This document shows positions 9,191-18,870 of a stretch of DNA of 64,000 bases, one piece after another. This DNA comes from an uncultured Boseongicola sp. (lineage in GTDB: Bacteria > Actinomycetota > Acidimicrobiia > Spongiisociales > ZC4RG35): contig CAXMMT010000078.1 in assembly GCA_964194555.1 (NCBI GenBank), positions 10,576-74,575 on the forward strand. Reading direction: 5' to 3'. Numbering within the stretch: the first letter of the stretch is position 1; each line of letters opens with the position of its first letter. The notes beneath the pieces were generated by a model. That model saw only the letters and a list, made by a program, of their open reading frames with translations. It had not been told where the DNA came from and made no database searches. Both the position numbers and the translations under genes were made by a program.

Positions 9191-10037
9191 CTACTTGTCC
9201 TGGGAGATGACGAATCCGCTCATGAACGGCTTCTGCATCGCGATGAACACTATTGCCGGAGGGATCGACGCGATGATCGCGGCCAACATCAAAGGGCCGA
9301 AGGTAAGCGAGCCGCCAACATTCAGCAGCGTCTGCATCGCGACCTGAACCACCTGCGCGTCATCGTCGCGGATGATCAAGCTCGGCCAGAGGAACATGTT
9401 CCACGTATAGACGAATTGGATGACGAAGAGCGCTGCGATGATGTTCCAGGACAGCGGAATCAGGACCTTGGTCAAGAACTTGTACGGTGAGGCTCCGTCG
9501 ATCTGAGACGCTTCGAGCAATTCGGACGGCATGTTGGCGAAATGCTGACGGAACAGAAACGCACCGGTCGCCGATGCGAGGAACGGCACCGTGATGGCAG
9601 CCATGGTGTCCTGCCATCCAAAACCCGCCACCAGTCGGAACATGGCGAGGATCATCACCTCGGTCGGCATCATGAGAGTGACGAGAACAAAGAAGAAGAC
9701 GATCCACTTGCCCCGAAACTTGAAGTAGACGAAGGCAAGCCCGGCGAGCAGCGACAGGATTGTCTTGCCGATAGTCACCCACAGCGACTGCTGGAGCGAG
9801 TTCCACATCGCAGTGCTGAAGTTTCGTTTCACCCAAACGTCATCGAAGTTCGATGCCAATGCGCTGCCCGGTGTGAACTGGAAAGAGAAGATCTCCCCGT
9901 TGGTTTGGGTCGCAATCAGCATGGCGTAGAGAAGCGGGAAGGCCAGGACCAGAACCGTGGCTGTGAGGGCGATGTGGAAAGGCCATTGCCTGCCGCGCAC
10001 AAATCCCTTGTGCTGAACTCCGGCTGATAACCCGGCC
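9191..10037 (-). CDS. ABC transporter permease (CUT1 family, UgpE/MalG-like)
   Basis: EAA loop motif ASQIDGASPYKFLTKVLIPL with 6 TM helices. The start is probably TTG immediately after the upstream stop; the longer track ORF overlaps the preceding permease. Confidence 0.7.
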
Positions 10038-10040
10038 AAC

Positions 10041-11420
10041 TCAGGCCCCCCCGTAGCTGACGCGCTCGCCACTGGTGCGGAACTGCCAGAGGGTGACACC
10101 GATAACCGCGGCGAACAGCAGGACAGACTGTGCGGCGCCACGACCCAGATCACCGTTGTTGACACCAATGCGAATGATCTCGTAGATCGCCACCGACGTC
10201 TTGCCGGCAGGGGCGCCCTTGGTCATGAAATCGATGGTGGCGTAGATGTCAAAGAAGGCATATGTGAGGTTGGTGACAAGAAGGAAGAACGTGATCGGTG
10301 ACAGGGCAGGGATCACGATCTTGGTAAAACGCTTCCAGGCGGACGCGCCATCGAGTATCGAAGCCTCGATCTGAATGATGGAGACCGTTTGCAGACCGGC
10401 CAGATAGAAGAGAACGTTGTACCCGAGGATCTTCCAACCGCTGGCCATGATGATGGCGGCCTGGGCGAGAACCGCGCTCTCCCGATAGTTGGGGGCGTCG
10501 ATGCCGAACCAGTTTTCCATTACGTAATTGAAGATCCCCGCGGTGGGATCAAAGATCATGAAGAACAAGATTCCTGCGACAGCAGGTGAGATGGCGTAAG
10601 GCCAGATGAGCAGGGTCCGATATATTCCCCCACCGCGAATCTTTCGGAACGCAAGGTAGGCGATACCCAGGCCACCGATCATCCCCACAGCCACGATCCC
10701 GACAGTGATGATGACTGTGTTCAGGTAGACCGGCCGGTAGGCGACTTGACCATCGCCACCAGGGGAGAAGATCGCATAGAGCGCTACGAACACCGAAAGT
10801 GCCGCAGCCAAGGAAGCGAGTTCCGCTCCTCGATGACCCAGCGATCCCGGCGAGGCGGAGCGGCGCCACCATCTCGCCCCGTAGATAGCGCCGATCGAGA
10901 TGAGGGGAATCGCCACCAGCTTGACCGGGTCGGTGATGAGGAGTTCGGTGAAGTTGCCGAAGCAAACGTCCAGAGACTTTGGGGCGCCGAGACGCGCCAG
11001 CTTCGTCGAGAGTGTGAATGTCTGCGCTGCCGGTGTGTAGAGAAACACCGCGAGAATGATCAGAGTGGGAGAAAGAAGGGCCCAGGGCACCCACCAGCCG
11101 AGATTGAATCCCCCCGACCTGATCTCCCCGGTCATCCCCGACTCGTCGGACCTCTCACCGTCGGCGCGGTCATAGAAGGCCTTGGCAACGATGAGAGCCA
11201 GCCAAGAGCCACCCGCCATGAGCCCGTAGGCCAATAGGTGGTCGACACCGGAGGTTTCTGGTGCAAAACCGCATTGGCCCATTGCCAGAGGGGTGACAGC
11301 AGCACCCGCGACCGATGCGGTGGTTCCGATACCCAGTCGCCGAGGGGTCCGGTATCGGGGAGTCCTCGCCAAATAGAGAGGTCCCAACACCGCAGCAATG
11401 ACGAGACCGATTATCAGCAT
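10041..11420 (-). CDS. ABC transporter permease (CUT1 family, UgpA/MalF-like, with N-terminal extension)
   Basis: EAA motif EASILDGASAWKRFTKIVIPAL and multiple TM helices. The exact start is uncertain. Confidence 0.7.
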   Translation of the reverse strand: MLIIGLVIAAVLGPLYLARTPRYRTPRRLGIGTTASVAGAAVTPLAMGQCGFAPETSGVDHLLAYGLMAGGSWLALIVAKAFYDRADGERSDESGMTGEIRSGGFNLGWWVPWALLSPTLIILAVFLYTPAAQTFTLSTKLARLGAPKSLDVCFGNFTELLITDPVKLVAIPLISIGAIYGARWWRRSASPGSLGHRGAELASLAAALSVFVALYAIFSPGGDGQVAYRPVYLNTVIITVGIVAVGMIGGLGIAYLAFRKIRGGGIYRTLLIWPYAISPAVAGILFFMIFDPTAGIFNYVMENWFGIDAPNYRESAVLAQAAIIMASGWKILGYNVLFYLAGLQTVSIIQIEASILDGASAWKRFTKIVIPALSPITFFLLVTNLTYAFFDIYATIDFMTKGAPAGKTSVAIYEIIRIGVNNGDLGRGAAQSVLLFAAVIGVTLWQFRTSGERVSYGGA

Positions 11421-11508
11421 GCAGCTATACGACGATTCACAATCAGGTGGTCAGTTTCGTTAGAGAAGGTGGGGTAGCGAAAACCGCTACCCCACTTTCT
11501 GTCTTCTG

Positions 11509-12930
11509 TCAGCCTCCGAAGAGGGTTTCGTACTCAGTCAGGATCTTGTTGGCTTCTTCGTTGGCCGCGCCCATGCGCTCAGCCACATCCAGGTCGTTCA
11601 CCAGGATGTCTTCGATGGCGAGAGTGATCACATCGCGAATTGCAACGAAGTTGCCAAGCAACGCACCAAGCGATGCCGGAGTGTTCTCCGCGGCTGCGAG
11701 TTGATCCGAGGCCACCAGACTGTTCGGGCTCTCGGCGTACCAACCCTCTGTCTCCAGCAGATCCACCGCATCCTGTGTGATCGGGATGTAGCCGGTGATC
11801 TGGTGCCACTCCGCTGCGTTGGCGGCATTGGAGAAGAAGTTGAGAAACGCCAGAGCGCCATCCTGTGTCACGTCGTCCATGCCGTCGAGCATCCAGATCG
11901 TCGCGCCACCGATGAGGTTGCCGACGTAGTCGACATCTCCATTGTGTGGCATGAAGCTGGCTTCGACGCCGAACCCGGCGTCTGCTCCGCCCTCTGTGAG
12001 GAGAGTCGCGTCCGAACTCGAGTAAATCAGCATGGCAACTTCCTGGGCGTAGAAAGCGTTGGCTGTTCCGTCCCAGTCACGCTGTGCACCGGTGTAGACG
12101 TAGTGGCCCTTGTCGGCCATGTCCTTCCACCAGCCGATGTAGTCGACCATTGCGTTTGAGTCGAGGAACACTTCGGTCGCCCGGCCGGTTCGGCCGTTGT
12201 CGGCGTTGGCCAGCAACGCGCCCTGCTGTCCGAGACTCTGCTCGACGAACCAGCCGTGGTTCGGCCAGGTCATACAGGCAGAGGGTCCGTCTGCCAGCGC
12301 TGCGATCTTCTCGCAAGCAGCCTCTACTTCGTCCCATGTGTCAGGAATCTCGGTCACCCCGGCGGCGTCGAGAATGTCCGAGTTGGAGAACATGATCGCC
12401 GAGGATGTGTTCCAGGGCATCGAGTAGAACGAGCCATCCACTGTGTAGTAGTTCCGAGCGGCGTCAACCACCGAATCGAGAACCACCGGCACTCCGAGAA
12501 TCTCGGTACGACCAGCGATGGCCTCGGTTACCGACGCGAAGATCGGGTTTCCTCCGGCATCGACAGCGTCGAGAGCCTGTCGAGTTGCAGCCTCGAAGAA
12601 ATGGATCAGCCCAGGTGGGTCACCACTATCCACGGCGAGCACAGCCGCGTCAAACACGTCGTTATACGAGGCGAAAGACACAACATCGATGTTGTAATCG
12701 GGGTGAGCGGCATTGAAATCGGCCGCTTTTTCCTGAGCGAAGCCCAATCGAGCCTCATCAGAGAAGGCAACCCAGAATTCAATATCGGATACGCCTGCCC
12801 CATCGCCACCGACAGTGGTAGCGGCGTCGCCGGCAGCTTCGGTGGTGTCCGTCGAGGAACCATCTCCACATGCAGCAACGATCAACGCTATCACGGCCAG
12901 TAAGGCAAATAGTCGAATCTTGGAATTCAT
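11509..12930 (-). CDS. ABC transporter substrate-binding lipoprotein (extracellular solute-binding family 1; possible sn-glycerol-3-phosphate/glycerophosphodiester binding)
   Basis: Signal peptide with lipobox LIVAAC. SBP family-1-like sequence. Operon order SBP-permease-permease sits next to glpD. Confidence 0.7.
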   Translation of the reverse strand: MNSKIRLFALLAVIALIVAACGDGSSTDTTEAAGDAATTVGGDGAGVSDIEFWVAFSDEARLGFAQEKAADFNAAHPDYNIDVVSFASYNDVFDAAVLAVDSGDPPGLIHFFEAATRQALDAVDAGGNPIFASVTEAIAGRTEILGVPVVLDSVVDAARNYYTVDGSFYSMPWNTSSAIMFSNSDILDAAGVTEIPDTWDEVEAACEKIAALADGPSACMTWPNHGWFVEQSLGQQGALLANADNGRTGRATEVFLDSNAMVDYIGWWKDMADKGHYVYTGAQRDWDGTANAFYAQEVAMLIYSSSDATLLTEGGADAGFGVEASFMPHNGDVDYVGNLIGGATIWMLDGMDDVTQDGALAFLNFFSNAANAAEWHQITGYIPITQDAVDLLETEGWYAESPNSLVASDQLAAAENTPASLGALLGNFVAIRDVITLAIEDILVNDLDVAERMGAANEEANKILTEYETLFGG

Positions 12931-13174
12931 TGTTCCGTCCTATGGGTAGCTTGGGATACACCGCCGGAATCCCAGCAAGCTGATGACACTGACGTCATCC
13001 AGACACTCTGATCATCCGACTTCCAGCGCACCCTACTCACCAAAACGACGAGTGATCGCGGATGGGTGCGGGGGCCTGTGCCGAAACATGGGTCGGGTAC
13101 TGATGCGGTGTCCAGAATCGGGATCGAAGAGGTGACAGACGAGGTCGTAGCCCTGGTCGTACACTGACACCGAC

Positions 13175-14038
13175 GTGGCCTCGACTAACAACGACTCCTT
13201 GCAGGAGGTCATTTCGAGAGTCCCGTATCTGGCGCGAGCGAAGGAGTTGGCTATCACGCCGCTACCCGGCGGTTTGACCAACATGAGCTATCTCGTGGTG
13301 GCGAACGGGGCAAAGTTTGTCGTCCGGGTCAGCGGAGTGAGCGGAGAGACGCTCGGGATTGATAGGACCAGCGAGGCTGACGCGCTTCGTCGGGCAGAGG
13401 CAGCCGGTATCGGGCCCGAGGTAGTCGCGTTCCTCCTACCCGAGGGTCATCTGATTACGCGCTACCTCGCCAATGCCCGCACGCTGACACTTGAACAGTT
13501 CACCGAACCCGAGATGATCCCCCGGGTCACGGCAAGGCTGAGGGACATTCACACCCTCGATCCGATTGCGCGGGACTTCGACCCACATGCCGACATTCGC
13601 CGTTGGTTGGAGATCACCGAGGGACAGCGGGCGTCGCGTCCCGCTCAACTTGGACCTCTTCTCGAGCAAGTCACCGAGATCGAGCGTCTTCGGCCAACTT
13701 TGCCGGAAAACGCAAAGGTGTTTTGCCATAACGATCCATACTTTCTGAACTTTCTCGACGATGGCTCTTTGTGGGTCATCGACTGGGAATACGCCGGGAT
13801 GGGAGACCCGATGTATGACCTGGCCGGGGTTGGCAATTTTCTGGATGACGTCGGACGGGATCTGCTGCTCGAATCGTATTTCGGCGACGGTGGCAGCCGA
13901 CTTCGCCGCGATTTGGATAATCTCATCGCGGTCTACGTCTGTTGGAACATCGCATGGACCCTGGTCCAGATCGATGTCAGCCCTATACGCTTCGACTACG
14001 TCAATTTTCTCGAGGAGCTTCTCGAAGGATTGCCCTGA
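13175..14038 (+). CDS. Phosphotransferase enzyme family protein (APH / choline-ethanolamine kinase-like)
   Basis: Brenner/catalytic motifs CHNDPYFLNFL and VIDWEYAGMGDPMYDLA typical of the APH/ChoK kinase fold. Confidence 0.7.
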   Translation: MASTNNDSLQEVISRVPYLARAKELAITPLPGGLTNMSYLVVANGAKFVVRVSGVSGETLGIDRTSEADALRRAEAAGIGPEVVAFLLPEGHLITRYLANARTLTLEQFTEPEMIPRVTARLRDIHTLDPIARDFDPHADIRRWLEITEGQRASRPAQLGPLLEQVTEIERLRPTLPENAKVFCHNDPYFLNFLDDGSLWVIDWEYAGMGDPMYDLAGVGNFLDDVGRDLLLESYFGDGGSRLRRDLDNLIAVYVCWNIAWTLVQIDVSPIRFDYVNFLEELLEGLP

Positions 14039-14053
14039 CCTGTTCGGTCGCGT

Positions 14054-16621
14054 CTATCTCGACGACTCGTCGAGAGCAAGCACAACCGCCTCATAGACGG
14101 TCAACTCAAACCCAGGAGCGATCGCTTCCTCGGCAGCTTCTTCTCCCAGGATCGCTTCCAGCCGACTTCTCGCATCCTCCAGATGCAACAAACCCGGCAG
14201 CCAGCTTCCACCGAGTCTCTCTTGAGCCGCTACCGCTGCACCGGCGAGCAGACCGGCCAACCTGATATTGCCCCGTTCCGCCTCTGCCACCGCCAACCAC
14301 TCGATTCCCCACACCTGAAGATAGAGGTCATTCATCTCGACCGCCTCCTGGATTCCCCTGCGCGCGGTTTCGGACGCTGATTCAAACCTGCCCTCTGCCG
14401 TGGCCACCCCTGCGATGGCATAGGTGACCTGAGTCGCCTGGATCAACCTCCCAGCCGAGCGATACAGTTGCTCGACGCGGCGAAATTCGGGTTCCATGCC
14501 AGATAACCCCTCCCTCTCTGCCATCCCTTTGAAAGCTTCCGCAGCCATCACGTCGGCTAGCCCTCCATCGTCTCCAAGGGCGCCATAGATGACCTTTAGC
14601 TCCTCGAGCATGGGGGTTATCTCATCGTCACGACCGGAGTAGATATATGTCGCCGCCACTCCGAACAGGGCCTCGGCTATGAGCTTGCTGTCATCTTGGT
14701 GCCGGGCAGCTTCTACAGCCACGGCATAGGAGTCCAGTGCCTCGTCAAACCGAGATTGCCAGTAACGGAGGGCCCCGCGCGCCATGAGGCCCTTGATCAT
14801 CCCATCCGACATCTCATCCGAGCCCGGCAAAGCAAAGAAGCGATCGAGCCACAGCTCCAGCTCCAGGAGGAGTCCCCTACTTTGATAGAAACGCCAGATG
14901 TTTCCCAGCAACGCCAGCCCCTCCTCTGCTGCCTTCCTGTCGACCAGCCTGCGGAGTACCTCTCTGAAGTTGTCGTGCTCACTGTCGAGCCGAGAGCGCC
15001 ACCATTCCCCACGATCACTTTGCAGCCCATCTGAAGCCTCCTCACCGATGACACGGAAGTAATCGATGAAAGATGTAGCCACGCGGGCGGACTCATCGGC
15101 GGCGTCGAGACGCTCCAACGCAAATCTGCGGACTCCGTCCAGCATGCGCATCCGACCGCTTCCATCCGGATCGACCAGCAGAAGGCTTCGATCCACCAAC
15201 TCGCCGATTGAGTCCAACGTTTCGCCAACCGGCTCTCCGCCGCTGACTTCTTCCGCCCCCCTGATCGTCATCCCGCCGGCGAACACACCCAGTCTCCTGA
15301 AGGTGGCCTGGTCTGATGGGTCAAGAAGCTCATAACTCCACGCCAGGGCCTGGTCGAGTGAGCGGTGGCGATCGGGAAGACCTGTGCTCCGCGATGCGAG
15401 TCGCCCACCCTCCTCGAGTCGCTCCACCATCTCCGCGGCGGAGAGCAGGTTGGCCCTTGCCGCTGCCAACTCCAAGGCAAGAGGAAGCCCGTCCAACAAC
15501 TCCACCAACTGCTCGACTTCGGCATCATCAGCCGTGAAAGCCGGATTCACCTCCCGAGCACGAACGACAAAGAGCCGCCCACCTACGGAGAGTCCGACAC
15601 TCCCGTTCCCGCTCAAGGGAACTACCGAGAACCTCTGCTCACCGGAAACCCGCAGTGGGGCCTGGCTGGTGACCAAAAACTTCAAACCGTCACCTCCTGC
15701 AAGAAGCCCGGCGACATCTGGCGCTGCGTCGAGAACCTGTTCGAAATTGTCCAGGATCAACAACAGGTCCTTGCTCCCAATGACACCCAACACCGACTCG
15801 ACTTCGCCCTTCTCGGCTCCAACCTCACTGGCCACCGATGCCAACACGAACGCCGGATCCGATATGGACGAAAGGTCAATGAGGGTCACGCCGTCACTGA
15901 ACTCTGCAAGTGCGCTGCGTCCGGCATCCAGGGCGAGTCTCGTCTTACCGACTCCTCCCGGCCCCAGCAGAGTCACCAGCCGGTGAGTCGACAGCATGTT
16001 CTTGATTGTCGCCAGATCATCCTCCCTGCCGATGAGCGATGACGAGAGGACCGGAAGGTTGTTGGGCCGGGAGGTTGTCGTTCGCAGCGGCGGGAAATTC
16101 GCCGCTTGACCGGGAACCAACACTTGAAATATGGACTCGGGCTGCTCCAGGCCCTTGAGAAGATGCTCGCCAAGATCCCGGTACTCGTACTCCGCCCCAC
16201 CCAGATCACGCGTTGTCTGTGAGACGAGAATCTGGCCGCCATGGCCGGCATCAACGATTCGTGACGCCCTGGTCACCGGGAGACCCAAATAGTCGTCACC
16301 ACCCAACTCCGCCTCGCCGGTGTGCATCCCGATACGAACTCGCACCGAACCCTCCTCAGGCCACGAATGCTCCACGAGACCGAACTGAGCGCTGACTGCC
16401 GACTCCACTGCTGCACGAGCGGACTCGAATACGACGAAGAATCCATCACCCAGGGTTTTGACCTCGACTCCATCGCCTTCTGCGATGACCGATCGGATGA
16501 TGGTGTCATGCGCTCTGAGAATCTCTTTGAATCCGGATCCGAGACGCGCGGCCAGTCGCGTGGAACCCTCGATGTCAGTGAAGAAGAAAGTCAGCGTCCC
16601 GCTGGGCAACTTGCTGGTCAT
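14054..16621 (-). CDS. Class III adenylate/guanylate cyclase - P-loop NTPase (STAND/AAA) - TPR-like multidomain signalling protein
   Basis: N-terminal CHD cyclase domain (FFFTDIEGST...GMHTGEAE), Walker A LLGPGGVGKTRLAL, and long C-terminal helical repeats. No HTH was seen. Confidence 0.75.
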   Translation of the reverse strand: MTSKLPSGTLTFFFTDIEGSTRLAARLGSGFKEILRAHDTIIRSVIAEGDGVEVKTLGDGFFVVFESARAAVESAVSAQFGLVEHSWPEEGSVRVRIGMHTGEAELGGDDYLGLPVTRASRIVDAGHGGQILVSQTTRDLGGAEYEYRDLGEHLLKGLEQPESIFQVLVPGQAANFPPLRTTTSRPNNLPVLSSSLIGREDDLATIKNMLSTHRLVTLLGPGGVGKTRLALDAGRSALAEFSDGVTLIDLSSISDPAFVLASVASEVGAEKGEVESVLGVIGSKDLLLILDNFEQVLDAAPDVAGLLAGGDGLKFLVTSQAPLRVSGEQRFSVVPLSGNGSVGLSVGGRLFVVRAREVNPAFTADDAEVEQLVELLDGLPLALELAAARANLLSAAEMVERLEEGGRLASRSTGLPDRHRSLDQALAWSYELLDPSDQATFRRLGVFAGGMTIRGAEEVSGGEPVGETLDSIGELVDRSLLLVDPDGSGRMRMLDGVRRFALERLDAADESARVATSFIDYFRVIGEEASDGLQSDRGEWWRSRLDSEHDNFREVLRRLVDRKAAEEGLALLGNIWRFYQSRGLLLELELWLDRFFALPGSDEMSDGMIKGLMARGALRYWQSRFDEALDSYAVAVEAARHQDDSKLIAEALFGVAATYIYSGRDDEITPMLEELKVIYGALGDDGGLADVMAAEAFKGMAEREGLSGMEPEFRRVEQLYRSAGRLIQATQVTYAIAGVATAEGRFESASETARRGIQEAVEMNDLYLQVWGIEWLAVAEAERGNIRLAGLLAGAAVAAQERLGGSWLPGLLHLEDARSRLEAILGEEAAEEAIAPGFELTVYEAVVLALDESSR

Positions 16622-16647
16622 AGTGTCCGGCCCGATCCTACGCTTTC

Positions 16648-17052
16648 TCAGATTTCGCTCTGCCCGGCCTGATCTGTCAACAGGCTCTCCACCAGAGCCT
16701 CAATCTCATCGCGGATCGCCCTGACGTCCTCCAACGGTTTTTCGGACGGGTCTTCGAGAGCCCAATCGAGGTAGCGCTTGCCTGGTATCACCCGGCAACT
16801 GTCGCCACACCCCATCGTCACGACGACATCGGCTGCCTCGAGCCGCTCGTCGGTCCAACGCTGTGGCCGTCGGTTCGAGATATCGATTCCCTTTTCGGCC
16901 ATGGCCACCACGACGACCGGATTGATCAACTCGACAGGCTCCGAACCTCCCGAGAACACCTCGACTTCGCCGCCCGAGAGTTGACGCATGAACCCGGCCG
17001 CCATCTGAGAGCGGCCCGCGTTGTGGACACAGAGGAAGAGAACACTGGCCAT
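16648..17052 (-). CDS. Arsenate reductase / low-molecular-weight phosphotyrosine phosphatase family (ArsC, thioredoxin-coupled type)
   Basis: LMW-PTP P-loop VLFLCVHNAGRSQMAAGF. The likely start is MASVLFLC. Confidence 0.7.
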   Translation of the reverse strand: MASVLFLCVHNAGRSQMAAGFMRQLSGGEVEVFSGGSEPVELINPVVVVAMAEKGIDISNRRPQRWTDERLEAADVVVTMGCGDSCRVIPGKRYLDWALEDPSEKPLEDVRAIRDEIEALVESLLTDQAGQSEI

Positions 17053-17087
17053 ACCCCCATGATGCCATTGATCGGACACCCCGATAA

Positions 17088-18080
17088 TTGTGCCCCGATA
17101 GGGTCACCAGCATGTCCGGGTTGGTAAACGCGCAGGTTCGTGTCCGCGATGATCTCATCGAAATGGCGGAGCGATCATTCGCAGCGATTGCGACGCCAGG
17201 AGGGTCCCTCTCCGGAGAGGAACGGGTTGCGTTGGCGGAAGCCGCCAGGGGCTCAGAAGTGAGCGGCCGACTCCAGGAGTTCGCCCGTCATCTGTACTCC
17301 AGCCCTGCAACGGTCGCTCTCGAGCATGTCAGGCACGCGGCGAGCGACGCCGGTGACCCCCAGACCGTGGAGACAATCGGAATCGTTGCCAGACTCTCGG
17401 CGCTGGACCGACTTCACACTGTGCTTGGCGTCGATCTGGAGCCTCTCCCTACTCCGCAGCCTGGTCTGGCGACCGGAGAGATCGTCAGAGGCCTCAAACG
17501 TCGCCGGGGACACGTGCCAATGCCACCAGGACCGATCCCGGTGACACTCGACTTGGTGCCATTCGAGGCTGAAGCCTTTCAGTCCATGTTCGGACCCCTG
17601 TACATGACGGAAGAGCAGATGGGTGATCCGCTGTTCGCCCGGGACCCTGGCTTGAACACACCACAACTGGAGACGATTGCGGCGCGCATCTCAATGCTCA
17701 ACGAGTGTTTCTACTGAGTATTCAGCCACGCATGGCGGCTCCGGTGGAGCGGCGAGATACACGAATACGACATACGGATCGAAGGGATCGCCGATCCGGC
17801 TATCGACGTTGGTGTCCCAGGCGGGATGGCGTTGGTCGGACTGGTAGACGACATGGTAAAAGGTGATACCACTGCTCGCCGGCAAGCTCGGGACGCCATT
17901 TTGAACGAGCTCGGACCCGAGTCGCTCGTCGACGCTGCCGCTGTCTTCGGCAATTTCGAGATGATGAACAGGGTCGCTGAAGGCACCGGGATCACGGTCC
18001 CCCCACAGGTGCTGGAGAGAGAAGCCGAGATGATCAAGACCCTCGGTCTCGAGGACACGCTGAAGAGCCAACACGTCTAG
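17088..18080 (+). CDS. AhpD-like (carboxymuconolactone decarboxylase family) selenoprotein; in-frame UGA at 17715-17717 read as selenocysteine
   Basis: Track ORFs 17088..17717 and 17826..18080 share one frame with no other stops between them. The sequence around the UGA is SMLNECFY-U-VFSH. With U as Cys this reproduces the AhpD/CMD active-site signature NxCxYCxxxH (CxxCxxxH), with U at the second Cys position. A candidate hairpin with a GGU loop sits at 17735-17753. Confidence 0.5.
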
Positions 18081-18090
18081 GAGCGGGCTC

Positions 18091-18708
18091 CTAAATGTGC
18101 AGAGGTCCCTCCGGAGTAGCGAGGCTCACCGATACGACCGCCGCAGCGCCAGCGACACAGCAAATATTGGGTATGTCTTCGGTCCATCTCGCCAGACGAG
18201 CCCTATCTCCGCTGAGCACGACCTCCTCGACTCCGGTGACGTTGCGATCGTGGATCACATCCGCTCTCCCTGGCATCTGGTCCTGGGGGACATACCATTC
18301 GATGAAGAAGGGCAGGAATTCCTCAACGGCAAGTTCCAAGCCTGCCACGCTCCACTTCAACTCGACGCCATCAGGCCTTAGTCGGCTCATGGCTGTCGGC
18401 TCCAGATCCAAACGGGTGCACACGGCACTCAAGTCATCGGTTCGGACGGAGATGGCATCGACGACGCCTGTAGCCCCAACCCGTCCGCTTGCCCATCTTC
18501 CAAAGGGGCTGGCATCGGCTTCTGATGGGTCGACGACCGCGACCAACTCGATATAGCTGTCACCGAGAGGGACGATGCGATTCGCCGTGCCGTGACCCGG
18601 ATGGCGGCCTCCCTCCACAGAATCGAGGCCAAAACGGTCTCTGAAGCTTCGGGCGCCCTCATCGAGGTCGCCAACACATACGATCAGGTGGTCGATCATG
18701 AGGTTCAC
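18091..18708 (-). CDS. VOC (glyoxalase/bleomycin-resistance-like) family protein
   Basis: MIDHLIVCVGDLDEGARSF...HPGHGTANRIVPLGDSYIELVAV matches the Glyoxalase-like fold pattern. Confidence 0.6.
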   Translation of the reverse strand: MNLMIDHLIVCVGDLDEGARSFRDRFGLDSVEGGRHPGHGTANRIVPLGDSYIELVAVVDPSEADASPFGRWASGRVGATGVVDAISVRTDDLSAVCTRLDLEPTAMSRLRPDGVELKWSVAGLELAVEEFLPFFIEWYVPQDQMPGRADVIHDRNVTGVEEVVLSGDRARLARWTEDIPNICCVAGAAAVVSVSLATPEGPLHI

Positions 18709-18870
18709 GGTGACAATCCTCGCAGGTACACAACCGTCATAGACTCATCCAATCGTGAAACGCTTCTCGCCTCTTCTGATTCTGGCGGTGGTTGCGGTTG
18801 TGGCCGCGGCTGTCCTGAAGAGCAACAACGAGGTCTTGCCACCCGAGACGTGGCAACCGGTAGAGCCTTC

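Noticed and set aside
17715-17717. Alternative reading of the TGA at 17715 as a genuine stop, giving two separate genes
   Set aside because: Not fully excluded. About 40% of random 36-codon stretches at this GC content are stop-free. However, the exact superposition of the UGA on the second Cys of NxCxYCxxxH makes a selenocysteine reading more parsimonious than chance.
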